Shown here piece after piece: positions 1 through 10,041 of a DNA stretch of 64,000 bases (its first letter is position 1; each line of letters starts with the position of its first letter). The notes beneath the pieces were generated by a model. It searched no databases. It was not told the origin of the DNA and worked only from the letters and a program-made list of their open reading frames with translations. The stretch comes from Selaginella moellendorffii (lineage: Eukaryota > Plantae > Lycopodiophyta): contig NW_003314352.1 in assembly GCF_000143415.4 (NCBI RefSeq), positions 426,278-490,277 on the forward strand, in the 5' to 3' direction. The translations under genes and the position numbers were made by a program.

Positions 1-1394
1 TCTCGCCGCGGCGCTCGGTCGAAAACCTCCGCTGCCTCCGCTAGAAAACCATTCTGCGCATACGCCACGATCATCACATTCCACGCGACCGAATCCTTCT
101 CCTTCATGGACTCGAAGATGGCGCTTGATACAGCCAGATGCCCGGCCTGGGCATATCCATAAACCATCGCGGTCTCGGTCACCGCGTCTCTCTGCGGGGA
201 AAGATCAAAGAGATCCTTCGCGGGATCCAAGCTCCCGTGCTGGAGGTACGCCGCGATCATGACGTTCCAGGAGACCGTGTCGCGGCCGGGCATCCGATCG
301 AAGACCCCGCGCGCCCGCTCGACCTCGGCGTTGCGCGAGTAGGCCCGGATCATCGAGTTCCACGACACGATGTTTTGCTCCTCGGCGGCGTCAAACAGGC
401 TCTTGGCGTCGTCCAGGCAGCCGTTCTCGGCGTAGCCCGTGATGATCGAGTTCCAGGAGGCGACGTCGCGGACGGGCATGGCATCGAAGAGGCGGCGAGC
501 GGATTGGAGGTCGCCCAGCTCGCCGAATCCGGCGATGAGCGCGTTCCACGCCCAGGAGGACGTCGGGGCGTCCTTGTTGGGCATGGATTCGAAGAGCGCC
601 GCCGCCTCGTCCAGGCAGCCGTGCTGCGCGTAGCCGGACACCATGACCGTCCACGTCACGACGCTCTGCTCGGGCATCCGATCGAACACCACCCTCGCGC
701 GCTCCAGGTCCCCCTTTTGGGCAAATGCCGCGACGAGCGAGTTCCACGAGTAGGTATCTCTGTGAAGCATGGAGTGGAAGATTTTCAGTGCTTGTTCTGT
801 CAACCCCTCCTTTCCGTAAACCTGGATCATGATGTTCCAAGAGATGATCCCCGGACTGGGAATAGAATCAAACATCGCTCTGGCTTTCAGCATGTGCCCG
901 TTTTGGGCATACGCTGCGAGCATCAAGTTCCACGCAAACATGTCGCGTTCGGGCATTTTCTCGAAGGCAAAGTTGGCGAGGTCGATCCGGCGGTGGTGAA
1001 GGAGCCCCGCCAGCAGCGTGTTCCACGTAATCGCGTTCCACGCAGGCATCTGGTCGAAGGTACGCCGGGCGTCCTCCAGATGCCCCGACTGGGCATAAGC
1101 CTTGACCATGATGGTCCACGAGTAGACGTTCCTCTCGCGGATTCTCTCCAGCGCCTGGAGAGCGTCCCCGGCGGAGGAGCAGGCTCCGTACATCTGGACG
1201 AGGGTGTTGCCCAGGAACGTGTCGCGGTCGAGGCCGTGGCTGGCGATGTGGGCGTGGATCCGGCGGCCCTCTTGGAGCGCGCCCAGATCGGCGCATTGGC
1301 GGAGCGCGGCGGCGTAGGCGGCGGAGGTGGGGATCGCATTGGGGCGCAAGAGATCGGTCAGGGAGTCGCGCAGGGAAGAGAGGAGCAAACGCAT
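1..1394 (-). CDS. PLS-class pentatricopeptide repeat protein, 3' end runs off the window
   Basis: Manual translation from ATG at 1394: MRLLLSSLRD...LRQCADLGALQEGRRIHAHI...DTFLGNTLVQMYG, then repeated ~31-aa motifs (RDMFAWNLMLAAYAQNGH, RDVASWNSIITGYAENG). Intronless and open to position 1. Confidence 0.93.
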   Translation of the reverse strand, partial: MRLLLSSLRDSLTDLLRPNAIPTSAAYAAALRQCADLGALQEGRRIHAHIASHGLDRDTFLGNTLVQMYGACSSAGDALQALERIRERNVYSWTIMVKAYAQSGHLEDARRTFDQMPAWNAITWNTLLAGLLHHRRIDLANFAFEKMPERDMFAWNLMLAAYAQNGHMLKARAMFDSIPSPGIISWNIMIQVYGKEGLTEQALKIFHSMLHRDTYSWNSLVAAFAQKGDLERARVVFDRMPEQSVVTWTVMVSGYAQHGCLDEAAALFESMPNKDAPTSSWAWNALIAGFGELGDLQSARRLFDAMPVRDVASWNSIITGYAENGCLDDAKSLFDAAEEQNIVSWNSMIRAYSRNAEVERARGVFDRMPGRDTVSWNVMIAAYLQHGSLDPAKDLFDLSPQRDAVTETAMVYGYAQAGHLAVSSAIFESMKEKDSVAWNVMIVAYAQNGFLAEAAEVFDRAPRR

Positions 1395-1528
1395 AAAACG
1401 AGAGCGGCCGGATCGAACGGCCCATATTGTCTAGAATCGACGGTACTGTTTAAATCCGTGGTAATTTAGGGTTCTTGAGTTGATTGTTCAACTCAATCTG
1501 TCAATCCTTATTATGTTTGGACTAAACT

Positions 1529-2506
1529 TTAATGAAAAGTCACTGAAAGCTTATTGTTGTTATGCTCACTCTCTCCCACGAGAGGAACAACAATGACCGA
1601 GAGATTGTCACTGCTCCCACTTTCAAGTGCGTCCTCCACGATCATCACAGCAGCCACCTGAGAAAGTCCACTCCTCGATTCATGGTCCAGTGCTCCAGAT
1701 CCTCTAGCAATGATGACTGTGTTGCACACGTCCTGGTTCGACATCCTCTGGAAGATCCCGTCCGAAGCAAGCACCAGAAACTCTTCATTACTGTTCCCAA
1801 TCCTGTACTCCACAACATCTGCTTGTGCACTCACGCCAAAAGCTTTGAATTCCATGTCTCCAATCACCCGAGACACTGCTAGCTCTCCATTCACTCTTCC
1901 AAACTCGACAAAGCCTCCGGCAGCCTCAATCCGACGCCTCTCCTCTGCCAACTCCGGGTGGTGATCTTTGCTGAGCTGAGTGCTGTCCATTTCTATCAAA
2001 TTCGTTGTTGAGTTTTTCCGTGCCACACAAACCAGAGCTCTCGAGTCGCCCACGTTTCCCACCATCGCCACTTGTGGAGTGACCACTGCAATGCATGCTG
2101 TGGAGCCGGAGTACCATGCTTGCTTGTGAGCCTTCTCCATGAACATGTTCTCCACGTCCTCGATTGCCATTTGTAAGGCCTCGCCAAGTCTCTGGCCTTC
2201 TGCGAGGCGTCTGGAGAAGACGGGGTAGAATGTGTTAGCTGCAAAGTCACTGGCCCCTGAACTGCCGTGGCCGTCAAACACTCCAAAAACACCAAAGTCG
2301 GCATGGCTTGAAACAACCAGCACTCTGTCCTCCTGCTTAGACCTGTGACCACTACTGCCTGCTGTGCCATATGACCAGCTGTTTTTCCCGTCTACACTAA
2401 AATTTATGTCCTTGAGACCATTCTGACTAGCCAGCTCGCCAAATAGGAAGACATAGCACAAGTATAGGGAACTCACCATGAAGAGAGCACAGAGTAGCGG
2501 CTTCAT
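1529..2506 (-). CDS. Protein phosphatase 2C with hydrophobic N-terminus
   Basis: Single 325-aa ORF with the PP2C motifs RxxQED, FGVFDGHG, GSTA, NVGDSR, DHHP, RVNGELAVSRVIGD, LASDG and SSDNLS. Confidence 0.95.
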   Translation of the reverse strand: MKPLLCALFMVSSLYLCYVFLFGELASQNGLKDINFSVDGKNSWSYGTAGSSGHRSKQEDRVLVVSSHADFGVFGVFDGHGSSGASDFAANTFYPVFSRRLAEGQRLGEALQMAIEDVENMFMEKAHKQAWYSGSTACIAVVTPQVAMVGNVGDSRALVCVARKNSTTNLIEMDSTQLSKDHHPELAEERRRIEAAGGFVEFGRVNGELAVSRVIGDMEFKAFGVSAQADVVEYRIGNSNEEFLVLASDGIFQRMSNQDVCNTVIIARGSGALDHESRSGLSQVAAVMIVEDALESGSSDNLSVIVVPLVGESEHNNNKLSVTFH

Positions 2507-3133
2507 GATCCCTAGATTAATAACAGATTCTAATAGGTTAAATTATATGCTTATTCATTTTGGTGGAGTCGTGGGAGGAGAATCCAGAATGTTTGTGCAG
2601 GTAGGAGTCGAATTTGCGCGCATCCGGTTGGATGGATCAACACTACTGTCTTCGTGTCTTTGGATGCCATCCAGGTGTGTGCGGTAGGCTGATCTTAAGC
2701 GGTGCTCCACCGCTGTATAAGCCATAGGCCAAAATCAGGTGAAGCGGTGGGTGTCGGAAAGCTTAGAAATTCTCTCAAAATTGAAAACCTGTGTACCAAC
2801 TTACTTGGATCCAGAGCATCAATCCCAGCACGAGAACCAAGTAAGAAGCTCTGTCGTTTGGATGCTGCTCGCTGGAGAAACGCTTGCGCATAGCAGACCT
2901 TTCGCTGTTTCTGGATCCAAGAAAAGCCACAGAGACACAGAGAGAGAGAGAAGAGCACACGAGTTGCACTGGATGAACAGGCTCTCGTCTTTGAAGGTGA
3001 AGACCGGTTGGCTGCTACTGCCCGAGTTGTGAATTACATGCAGTGAATTTCCTGGAGAAAATTGATTTCCTATGAACATAAGCATCGGTTTGTTTAGATA
3101 GATCTGCTTTTAAACACTTTCTTTATCCACTGT

Positions 3134-5351
3134 TTAGAACTTTTTTTCAGGATCTTCAATAAGAAACCCTTCGGAGGTGAATGAAAAGGGAAGTCTGGTG
3201 CTCCAACAAGATACGTAGCCATCATAATCCTTAAATGCAAGGAGGTCTGTTGCAGCTACCCAGGCCCTCCAGGTGGGTTCATCCTTTATGACAAAGTGAA
3301 CCTACAGTTTCAAACACAGAGTTAAAAAACGCATGTCTAATTCAGGGTAGCTTACCTCAATGGACACTTTAGCACTTTTGAGTGCCTTTTGTACGCTTTC
3401 TACAGCAATCCATGCCGCTTTATCCAGAGGAAACCTGAAATACAATGCGAACTCAGTATCCAAGAAGGAAGGTGTGAGTACAAACCCGCCATGTCCGCAG
3501 GAGATAGCTGGGAGCGCTATGTGCTTAACGCCCTCCCCGCAAGCAAATGATATAGCATCCCTGTGATAGCAAAAACACAATGTATTGAATCTGCTACTCA
3601 CTCCGGCATACCTGTAAGTGAGACCAAGATGCTCCACAGCTTCCGTCTCCCTGACTTTGGAGTATTTTAGGCCTTGAGTAATAATGATTTTATATGCTGG
3701 CAGTCCTGCTGAAGGGCTGAGAAACAAGTTAGTTAAAAGATAATAAAAACAAAATAAGGAAAGACAATTACATGATATCCAAGCCAGTAAAGGAACCAGT
3801 AGCAAAACATATTTCTGAAAAGACAAAAGCTCATGTCAAATGCCAAATACCCCTTTGCTTTACCTCTGTGTATTTGATCTTCCACAGGAATTACAATAGC
3901 ATCATTCTTTCCGTCCACAAACCACTCACTTATGTCCCCGCTTTTAATCACAAACTTGCAAGAGCCGACTTTACAAACAAGCTTGAGGTCCTTTTCCTGA
4001 TCAAAAGCCACTAAACCTCAAACCACAAATTCGGACAATCGAAAAAACAAGAATGATAAATTTGAAGCATTATTACCTTGAGGTCCATCACCCTTATGCA
4101 GGGGTCCCTGCGAGGTCGGGGCTCGCAAGAGGTGACGGGTTCGGGTAATTGGGGGTTCCCATTATCTGAAAACAGTAATATGGTTATATAGCTACAATTA
4201 GTTTATGGATGTACTGTAGTAACTGTACATACCTAGGGGGCGCAAACCATGGGGTATAACACCATATAACTCGTCTTCGTCTTCAAACTCTTGAAACTCA
4301 TCTTCAAACTCATCTTCAAACTCATTTTCGTCTTCAGACACAGATTCCTCCGCAGGATCGGGAAATATTTCGATTGGGCCTTCCTCTTTGTCCTCTGCAG
4401 CGCTGTGTAGCTGTCCACTCACCTCTTGAGTCACTCCATTGGCCACTTTCTGTTGAAGCTGCTCCCCAACAGCAACTACTGCGAATGTCCTGCATTCATC
4501 AGTCCCTGTACCGGCAATCTGGCGGCACGCTTCCTCGAGGCCCTGTCCATTACAAGCTCGTTTGCGGATCAGAAGTATGCAATACTCACAAGTGCGTCAA
4601 TCCGAGTGGTGAAAACGCTTGTATAATCGCTATCTATGTGACGCTCGAGGTGTCTTGACGCAACGATAAGGTAAGAGTCTGCTGTAGTCAGGCGCTCCTG
4701 CGTGCACAAGCTTCCAGAATAAGAAATTTCAACAAAAACATTAGTACCTTGTGATAATAAAAGGGTAGACTGCTACTTTGCGGGGGGCTAGCATTTTTGA
4801 GACGGTGGAGAGAACTTGGACGAGTTAGCCTCTCGTCCTTCCCACTTCGGCACAGCATCACTGACGCAAGGGCCTCGCCAAACACATACACATGCGCGTC
4901 TCCAAGCACCACCACCAAGGACCTGTTTTGCGCACACCAATTCTGTAACCACAGCAACAGCAGTAATCCATCAGACAAGAAGAGAGATCACCACATACCC
5001 AGCAATCTGATGTTCCCACCACAGCCCGCAGCTCGTCATTCATCCTTCAAACGAGCCACCCATATTTTAAAAAAACGTACCATGCACATATTCTTACTTT
5101 GTGAATGCGTGCTCCAGAGCTTGTGGCGTACCGCACGGTGACAGCTCCAGGGATGCTCGAATGTGACCCATGAGTCGAGATCGGCGTAACTTGAGAAGTT
5201 CGAGATGTACAGAGTAGAGGTGCACATCTCGCGCGTTTGGAAGAGCTGCATGGAAAATGACCACAACCCGCTCCTGCACTCTTCCTAGCTCCGCCAAGCA
5301 CAGCACATGTCCACTCATATCCTCGGGCGGCTCCGCCATCACTGCCTCCAT
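3134..5351 (-). CDS. Multi-exon fusion: degenerate PP2C-like domain, acidic linker, degenerate macrodomain (start codon uncertain)
   Basis: GT-AG splicing gives one frame. It reads ...ALEHAFTKMNDEL...SLVVVLGDAHVYV...VMLCRSGKDERLTR...ERLTTADSYLIVASRHL (PP2C fold), then an EDEFEDEF tract. It continues KSGDISEWFVDGKNDAIV...LPAYKIIITQG...VKHIALPAISCGHGGFPLDKAA...VHFV (macrodomain), with the stop at 3134-3136. Confidence 0.75.
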
Positions 5352-5624
5352 CGCCGCCGTCTTCTTCTTTCCTCGATCGGAGCAGCCGGAGCAGCGGCAG
5401 TCCTCCTCGCTCACGCCTACCGCCGCAGCATTCTGCGCTACTGTAGGAAAAAGCCTTTTTAGGGGTAGGGCTTTAGGAAATTAACTATACCATGGTTCCT
5501 ACATTTTAGGAGGCCCATGTCAGGCCTCCACGACCAGAAGGAGGAGCAGGAGAAAGCGCTGGGCATTACAAAGATGGTGGACATGGTGACCACTATGACG
5601 AGCTCAAGACTAAGTGGCCATGGC

Positions 5625-5892
5625 TTAGCCTTCTCCATAAACATGCCTTCCATGTCCTGACCTTAAGTCAGTGGCCCCTGAACCGCCGTGGCCGTCGAAC
5701 ACTCCAAAAACACCAAAGTTGACGAAACAACCAGCACTCTGTCCCCCTGCTTAGACCTGTGACCTGTGACTGCTTGCTGTGCCTTTCGCGTCTACACTGA
5801 AGTTTATGTCGTCGAGACCATTCTGACTAGCCAGCTCGCCAAACAGGAAGACATAGAGGGAACTCACCGTGAAGAGCGCGCAGAGTAGCCCC
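5625..5892 (-). pseudogene. Decayed partial duplicate of the 5' part of the PP2C gene at 1529-2506
   Basis: Aligns by eye to ~2130-2500 (e.g. gagaccattctgactagccagctcgccaaa; ggcccctgaac.gccgtggccgtc.aacactccaaaaacaccaaagt) with several deletions. Confidence 0.88.
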
Positions 5893-6489
5893 TTAAAAAT
5901 CCATAGTGTGGAAGTCTAACAAATCAAATTATTAGAAACGTCTTAGTTCGAGGCAATTGGGTTGCGTCTCTTGAATTCCATCATTGTCAAAAGATTCATT
6001 CATCACCAGAGCAAACCGCCTCTCCTTCGCTGCAAAGGGGTACGCAACACACGCGCTGCAGTATCGTGTTACTTCGGCCAAGTGCTTGATCCCAGCCGGC
6101 TTAAAGCAGCTAAGTTGGAAATCAAGCACATACCAGGACGTCAGTAAGCTTCTCTTGGCACTCTTCGATTTCTCTCAGCCGCCGCCACGGCGACTTCACA
6201 GCTTCTGCGGATGAAAACAGCGAGCTCCTTCGTCCAAAAGAGCATATCAAGAAACACGCTGAAATTCTAGCATTTTTTGCGATTTCACCAAAGTACTTCT
6301 ATACGTCCGATCATCCTAGCACCACTCTTGTCGTTGGTATCGTCGCCATTGTCAAAATCTGCCACGGGCGGACGAGGGCAACAAGAATGCGCCATGACAT
6401 TGCTGATGCGCGACCGGATCGGACGGCTCATATTGCCTCGAATCAATGGTACCGCTTAAATCACTGGCATTCTAGGGCTCTTGGCCAAA

Positions 6490-7688
6490 ATGGAGGCCCC
6501 AGTTTTCCAGCTGAGGACGGGGGCGCGCGCTCCCGCTGTCGGATTTGGAAGTGGGACTTTCACCAGCGCAGCAGAAATCAAGGAGGCGGTTCTTAGCGCA
6601 ATCAAGGTTTGCTCGACTTCTTTGTTCGCCGTTTGTTCCCACAAATTTTGGGACCTCGAACAGCTTGGCTATCGACACTTTGACACTGCTGCCGGCTATG
6701 GCACCGAGACAGCGATCGGCGAGGCGCTCGCGATCGCTTTCGATGCCGGATTGGTGACGAGGGAGGAGGTTTTCCTGACGACGAAGCTGAGATCCGACGA
6801 CCATGACCCGCAAGATGTTCTTCCGGCATTGAAGAAGAGCCTCAGGCTAGGACAATCTTTCATCTTTTCTTGGTAGATTGCGGACTAAATCTTCTCTTTC
6901 TCCAGTGCTCTACGGGTGGAATTCGTGGACTTGTTTTTGATACACGCGCCTGTCAAGCTTACAAAAGGAGCTCGTTTTCCACCCACGGAACACGAAATTC
7001 TTCCTCTGGACATTCCAGGCACCTGGAAGGCAATGGAGGATTGTTTCGACAAAGGACTCGCGAAAGCCATCGGTGTTAGCAACTTTAGCTCCAAGAAACT
7101 GGGAGACTTGCTCGAATACGCTCGAATCCCTCCGGCCGCAAACCAGGTAACAAAAGGAAAAGTCCATGGATCTCAAGGAAAACTAACCAAGAAATCTTTT
7201 CTCGCAAGGTGGAGCTCCATCCCATTTGGCAGCAAAAGAAACTTAGAGACTTCTGTAGAGCTCACGACGTCCAGGTCTTTGCATGGTCACCTCTCGGGGG
7301 CCTCGGCAAAGTCTGGGGATCCAAATCCGTGCTCGAGGATCCCGTCGTCCTGGAGCTCGCAGCAAAGCACCACAAATCTCCTGCCCAGGTACTACAAGCT
7401 TTCTGCTCGTCCAGGACGAAACTCCACTTCTCTTCTCGGCTATCTTTTGCTGCACAGATCGTGCTTCGGTGGCTCACGCAGATCGGCGTCGGCGCCGTCG
7501 TCAAGAGCTACAATCCACAGCGACTGCGTGAGAACATTCAAAGCTTCGACTTCGACTTGCTTCCCGAGGACCTCGAGACGATCGAGTCCACCGTGCCGCA
7601 AAGGAGACTAGCAGCATGGGAGTGGCTTTGCAACTCCACCACCAGCCCGTACAAGACGGTCCAAGAGCTATGGGACGACGAGATCTAA
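6490..7688 (+). CDS. Aldo-keto reductase (plant AKR4-like), 5 exons
   Basis: Catalytic tetrad motifs [16 protein letters not shown] and LIHAP; also [22 protein letters not shown] and the C-terminus ELWDDEI*. Confidence 0.95.
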
Positions 7689-8269
7689 CTCCAAACTCCG
7701 CGAAGAGTACAATCCCGTGAGCGTGACAGGCACGGAAGCAAAGGAATCGAATTCAGCGACAAACCAACACGTGAAACGAAACAATGGATCTCTCCATCTC
7801 TGGACTGGAACGGGACGCACTTATTCACCGACAACACGCCAATCACATCAAACATACTACCACAAAAATGCGAAGAACTCCAGGCTTTTTTAATGAGCTT
7901 GCAGACAAGCAGCAGTGGACCTCACTCACCTCACCTTTTACCTCACCTTCCTTGAGCGGGCAGTCACTCGGGCTCTTCATTTCCGGGCCCATCTTTCTTT
8001 TCACGGATTCAATGCGGCGGTGGTTGCTGTTGCTACTGCCGTGGTGGCCTGGCTGGAAAATTACGAGTTTTTTCAATGCAAAGAACCTGAGAGCCCACCT
8101 CTGTCTCTCTCCGGGAAGAATGAGCAAGTACTACACTGGCCGGCGACTTTGATTTTCTTTCTTTCCTTTCCACCGCTGCTACTGCAAGCAGCAATGGATC
8201 CGAAGGATTATTCTAAGAGAGAAAGGAATAAACGAAGATGGAATCCATCAAACCAGCAGCAGCAGCAGC

Positions 8270-9928
8270 TTAGCATGTGTTGATCCCGTCCTTGCAGTCG
8301 CTGGTAAGATCGCCGAAAGTTTCGATACGCTTCTTCCCTCTGAGAAACATCTCCGAGTCCACGGCGTCTCTCATGTAGCCGTCGAACTCCACCGGCTTTC
8401 CCCTCGTCAAGGCCATGGTCTCGTTATACCACTCGCTGCCAGGCCCCCAGAGATCCTTGTAGTCGTCCAGCACCGACACTTCATACTTCTCCTTCAGCTT
8501 GTGGAAGAAACCGGGACTTCTCTCGTTGGTCGATATGTAAACGTAGCGTTGAGCATCAATCCTTCCCGAGAGCTTGCTCAACACCGCCTCGGCCGAGGTA
8601 TCCTTGTCGAGGTTAGGCCAAAGTTGCCTGTTCGCAGCCTTCTCACCTCTCTCGACTCGTACGGCATCGAAGTCCCACTCCAGCTTGCCGCAAATCGTGT
8701 TGACGATATTCATGAGTCTCTTGGATTTCCAGATCATATGCCAGGGCCGCTGGATCACCTTCTCGGTCTCCCCCTCGCAAACGCGATACCAATAGTTGTC
8801 CGGTTCGCTGCTCTCCCGGAAGCTCCTCTCGACGGTCGTGCTCGTCTCGTCCCTGAGCTCCATCGGACTCACTTTCACATTGTCCGAGATCACCCTCTTG
8901 CGAATCTTGCCGAGCTTGTGCTTCTTGTTCAACTTGGAGAATTCCTTGAGCTCGATCACCGAGGTCGACTCCCGGAGGTGATCGAAATCAATGTAGAACC
9001 TCAAGTCTTTCCCGGGCTCGTCACCTCGGCCAGGAAAGTTATCCTTCCCCGAGAGACAAAAGCCCAGATCGACAACCAGCGTCCGGTTCAAGTACTGAGC
9101 TTCTCCGAGCGCGCAGAGGAAGCTCCACATGAATTGCTTCATCCCCTTGCAATGATCCCCTCCTCGAGTGTAGTACAAGAACCTTCCGACGCTCGAAGAA
9201 TCATCATCGCCACGAGACGAGATGGAATCGTTGAAGGCATTGATCCCGTGAAACCTCTGGAGCCGCGCATTCCTCCCAGAGTGCCAGTCCCCCACGTCGG
9301 TCACTTGATACTCGCAAGAGGGCTCCAGCACTAGAGTGTAGCGCCGGTAGTCCCTGTACATCCTCTTGGATCTCTCCCTCCTCGGCCGGTACTTCCACGC
9401 CACATCGCAGCTCCTCTCATCCCCTCCCTGGACGGGGACTCTGTACTCGAAAGCGTCGATCTCCGGGAACTTCTCCAAGTTGACCTTCTCGATCGCGGCT
9501 AGCACCCCCGGATCCGAGCAATTCACAACAATGTCGCTTTCCACGCACCCACGATCCTTGCCGCCATTATTGAGCCCCCTGGTAGCCTCCAGGGCCTTTT
9601 CGGCCGCGTCCTGGGCGTCCTCGATGGAGATCGAGCCCCCGGCTCTGGAATTCGCCGGTGCAAGGGCGTCCTCGCCAGTCAGGAAGATCGATCCTGCCGT
9701 CTGAAACGTGGCGTTGTCCACGACCTTGTTGAAGAGCTGCTTCATCCGGACGGCGCTGGCGGCGGTGTCGAGCCACGGATCCGGCGGCTGGTACGTGACG
9801 GCGAAGACGGTGAGCAGCAGCACCACGGCGACGAAGAGGCCGAACAAGGCGTTGCCGATCGCTCGCGCGGCGCGCTGCCGGAGCGATTCCGGCGCCGCAT
9901 TTCCGGATTTCATCGTCGCGCCGGCCAA
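8270..9928 (-). CDS. SUB1: SUB1 (short under blue light 1)-like membrane-anchored protein
   Basis: 552-aa ORF with an N-terminal TM segment followed by YQPPDPW. Contains LYYTRGGDHCKGM, YWYRVCEG and WKSKRLMNIV, and ends DCKDGINTC, recognised as the Arabidopsis SUB1 family. Confidence 0.88.
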   Translation of the reverse strand: MAGATMKSGNAAPESLRQRAARAIGNALFGLFVAVVLLLTVFAVTYQPPDPWLDTAASAVRMKQLFNKVVDNATFQTAGSIFLTGEDALAPANSRAGGSISIEDAQDAAEKALEATRGLNNGGKDRGCVESDIVVNCSDPGVLAAIEKVNLEKFPEIDAFEYRVPVQGGDERSCDVAWKYRPRRERSKRMYRDYRRYTLVLEPSCEYQVTDVGDWHSGRNARLQRFHGINAFNDSISSRGDDDSSSVGRFLYYTRGGDHCKGMKQFMWSFLCALGEAQYLNRTLVVDLGFCLSGKDNFPGRGDEPGKDLRFYIDFDHLRESTSVIELKEFSKLNKKHKLGKIRKRVISDNVKVSPMELRDETSTTVERSFRESSEPDNYWYRVCEGETEKVIQRPWHMIWKSKRLMNIVNTICGKLEWDFDAVRVERGEKAANRQLWPNLDKDTSAEAVLSKLSGRIDAQRYVYISTNERSPGFFHKLKEKYEVSVLDDYKDLWGPGSEWYNETMALTRGKPVEFDGYMRDAVDSEMFLRGKKRIETFGDLTSDCKDGINTC

Positions 9929-10041
9929 TGCAGCCTACCTGTGACGCACAGAATTCGCCGCTCGCGATAGGATCGGACAAACCCTAGCGCGCCAGAGCCA
10001 GCAAGACGAAGAAAGAATGGGACGAACACAAAGTGGCGCTC

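Noticed and set aside
138-1469. 443-aa plus-strand ORF
   Set aside because: Antisense shadow of the GC-rich PPR gene; no recognisable motifs.
8501-9704. Plus-strand ORFs overlapping the SUB1-like gene
   Set aside because: Antisense shadows of a conserved CDS.
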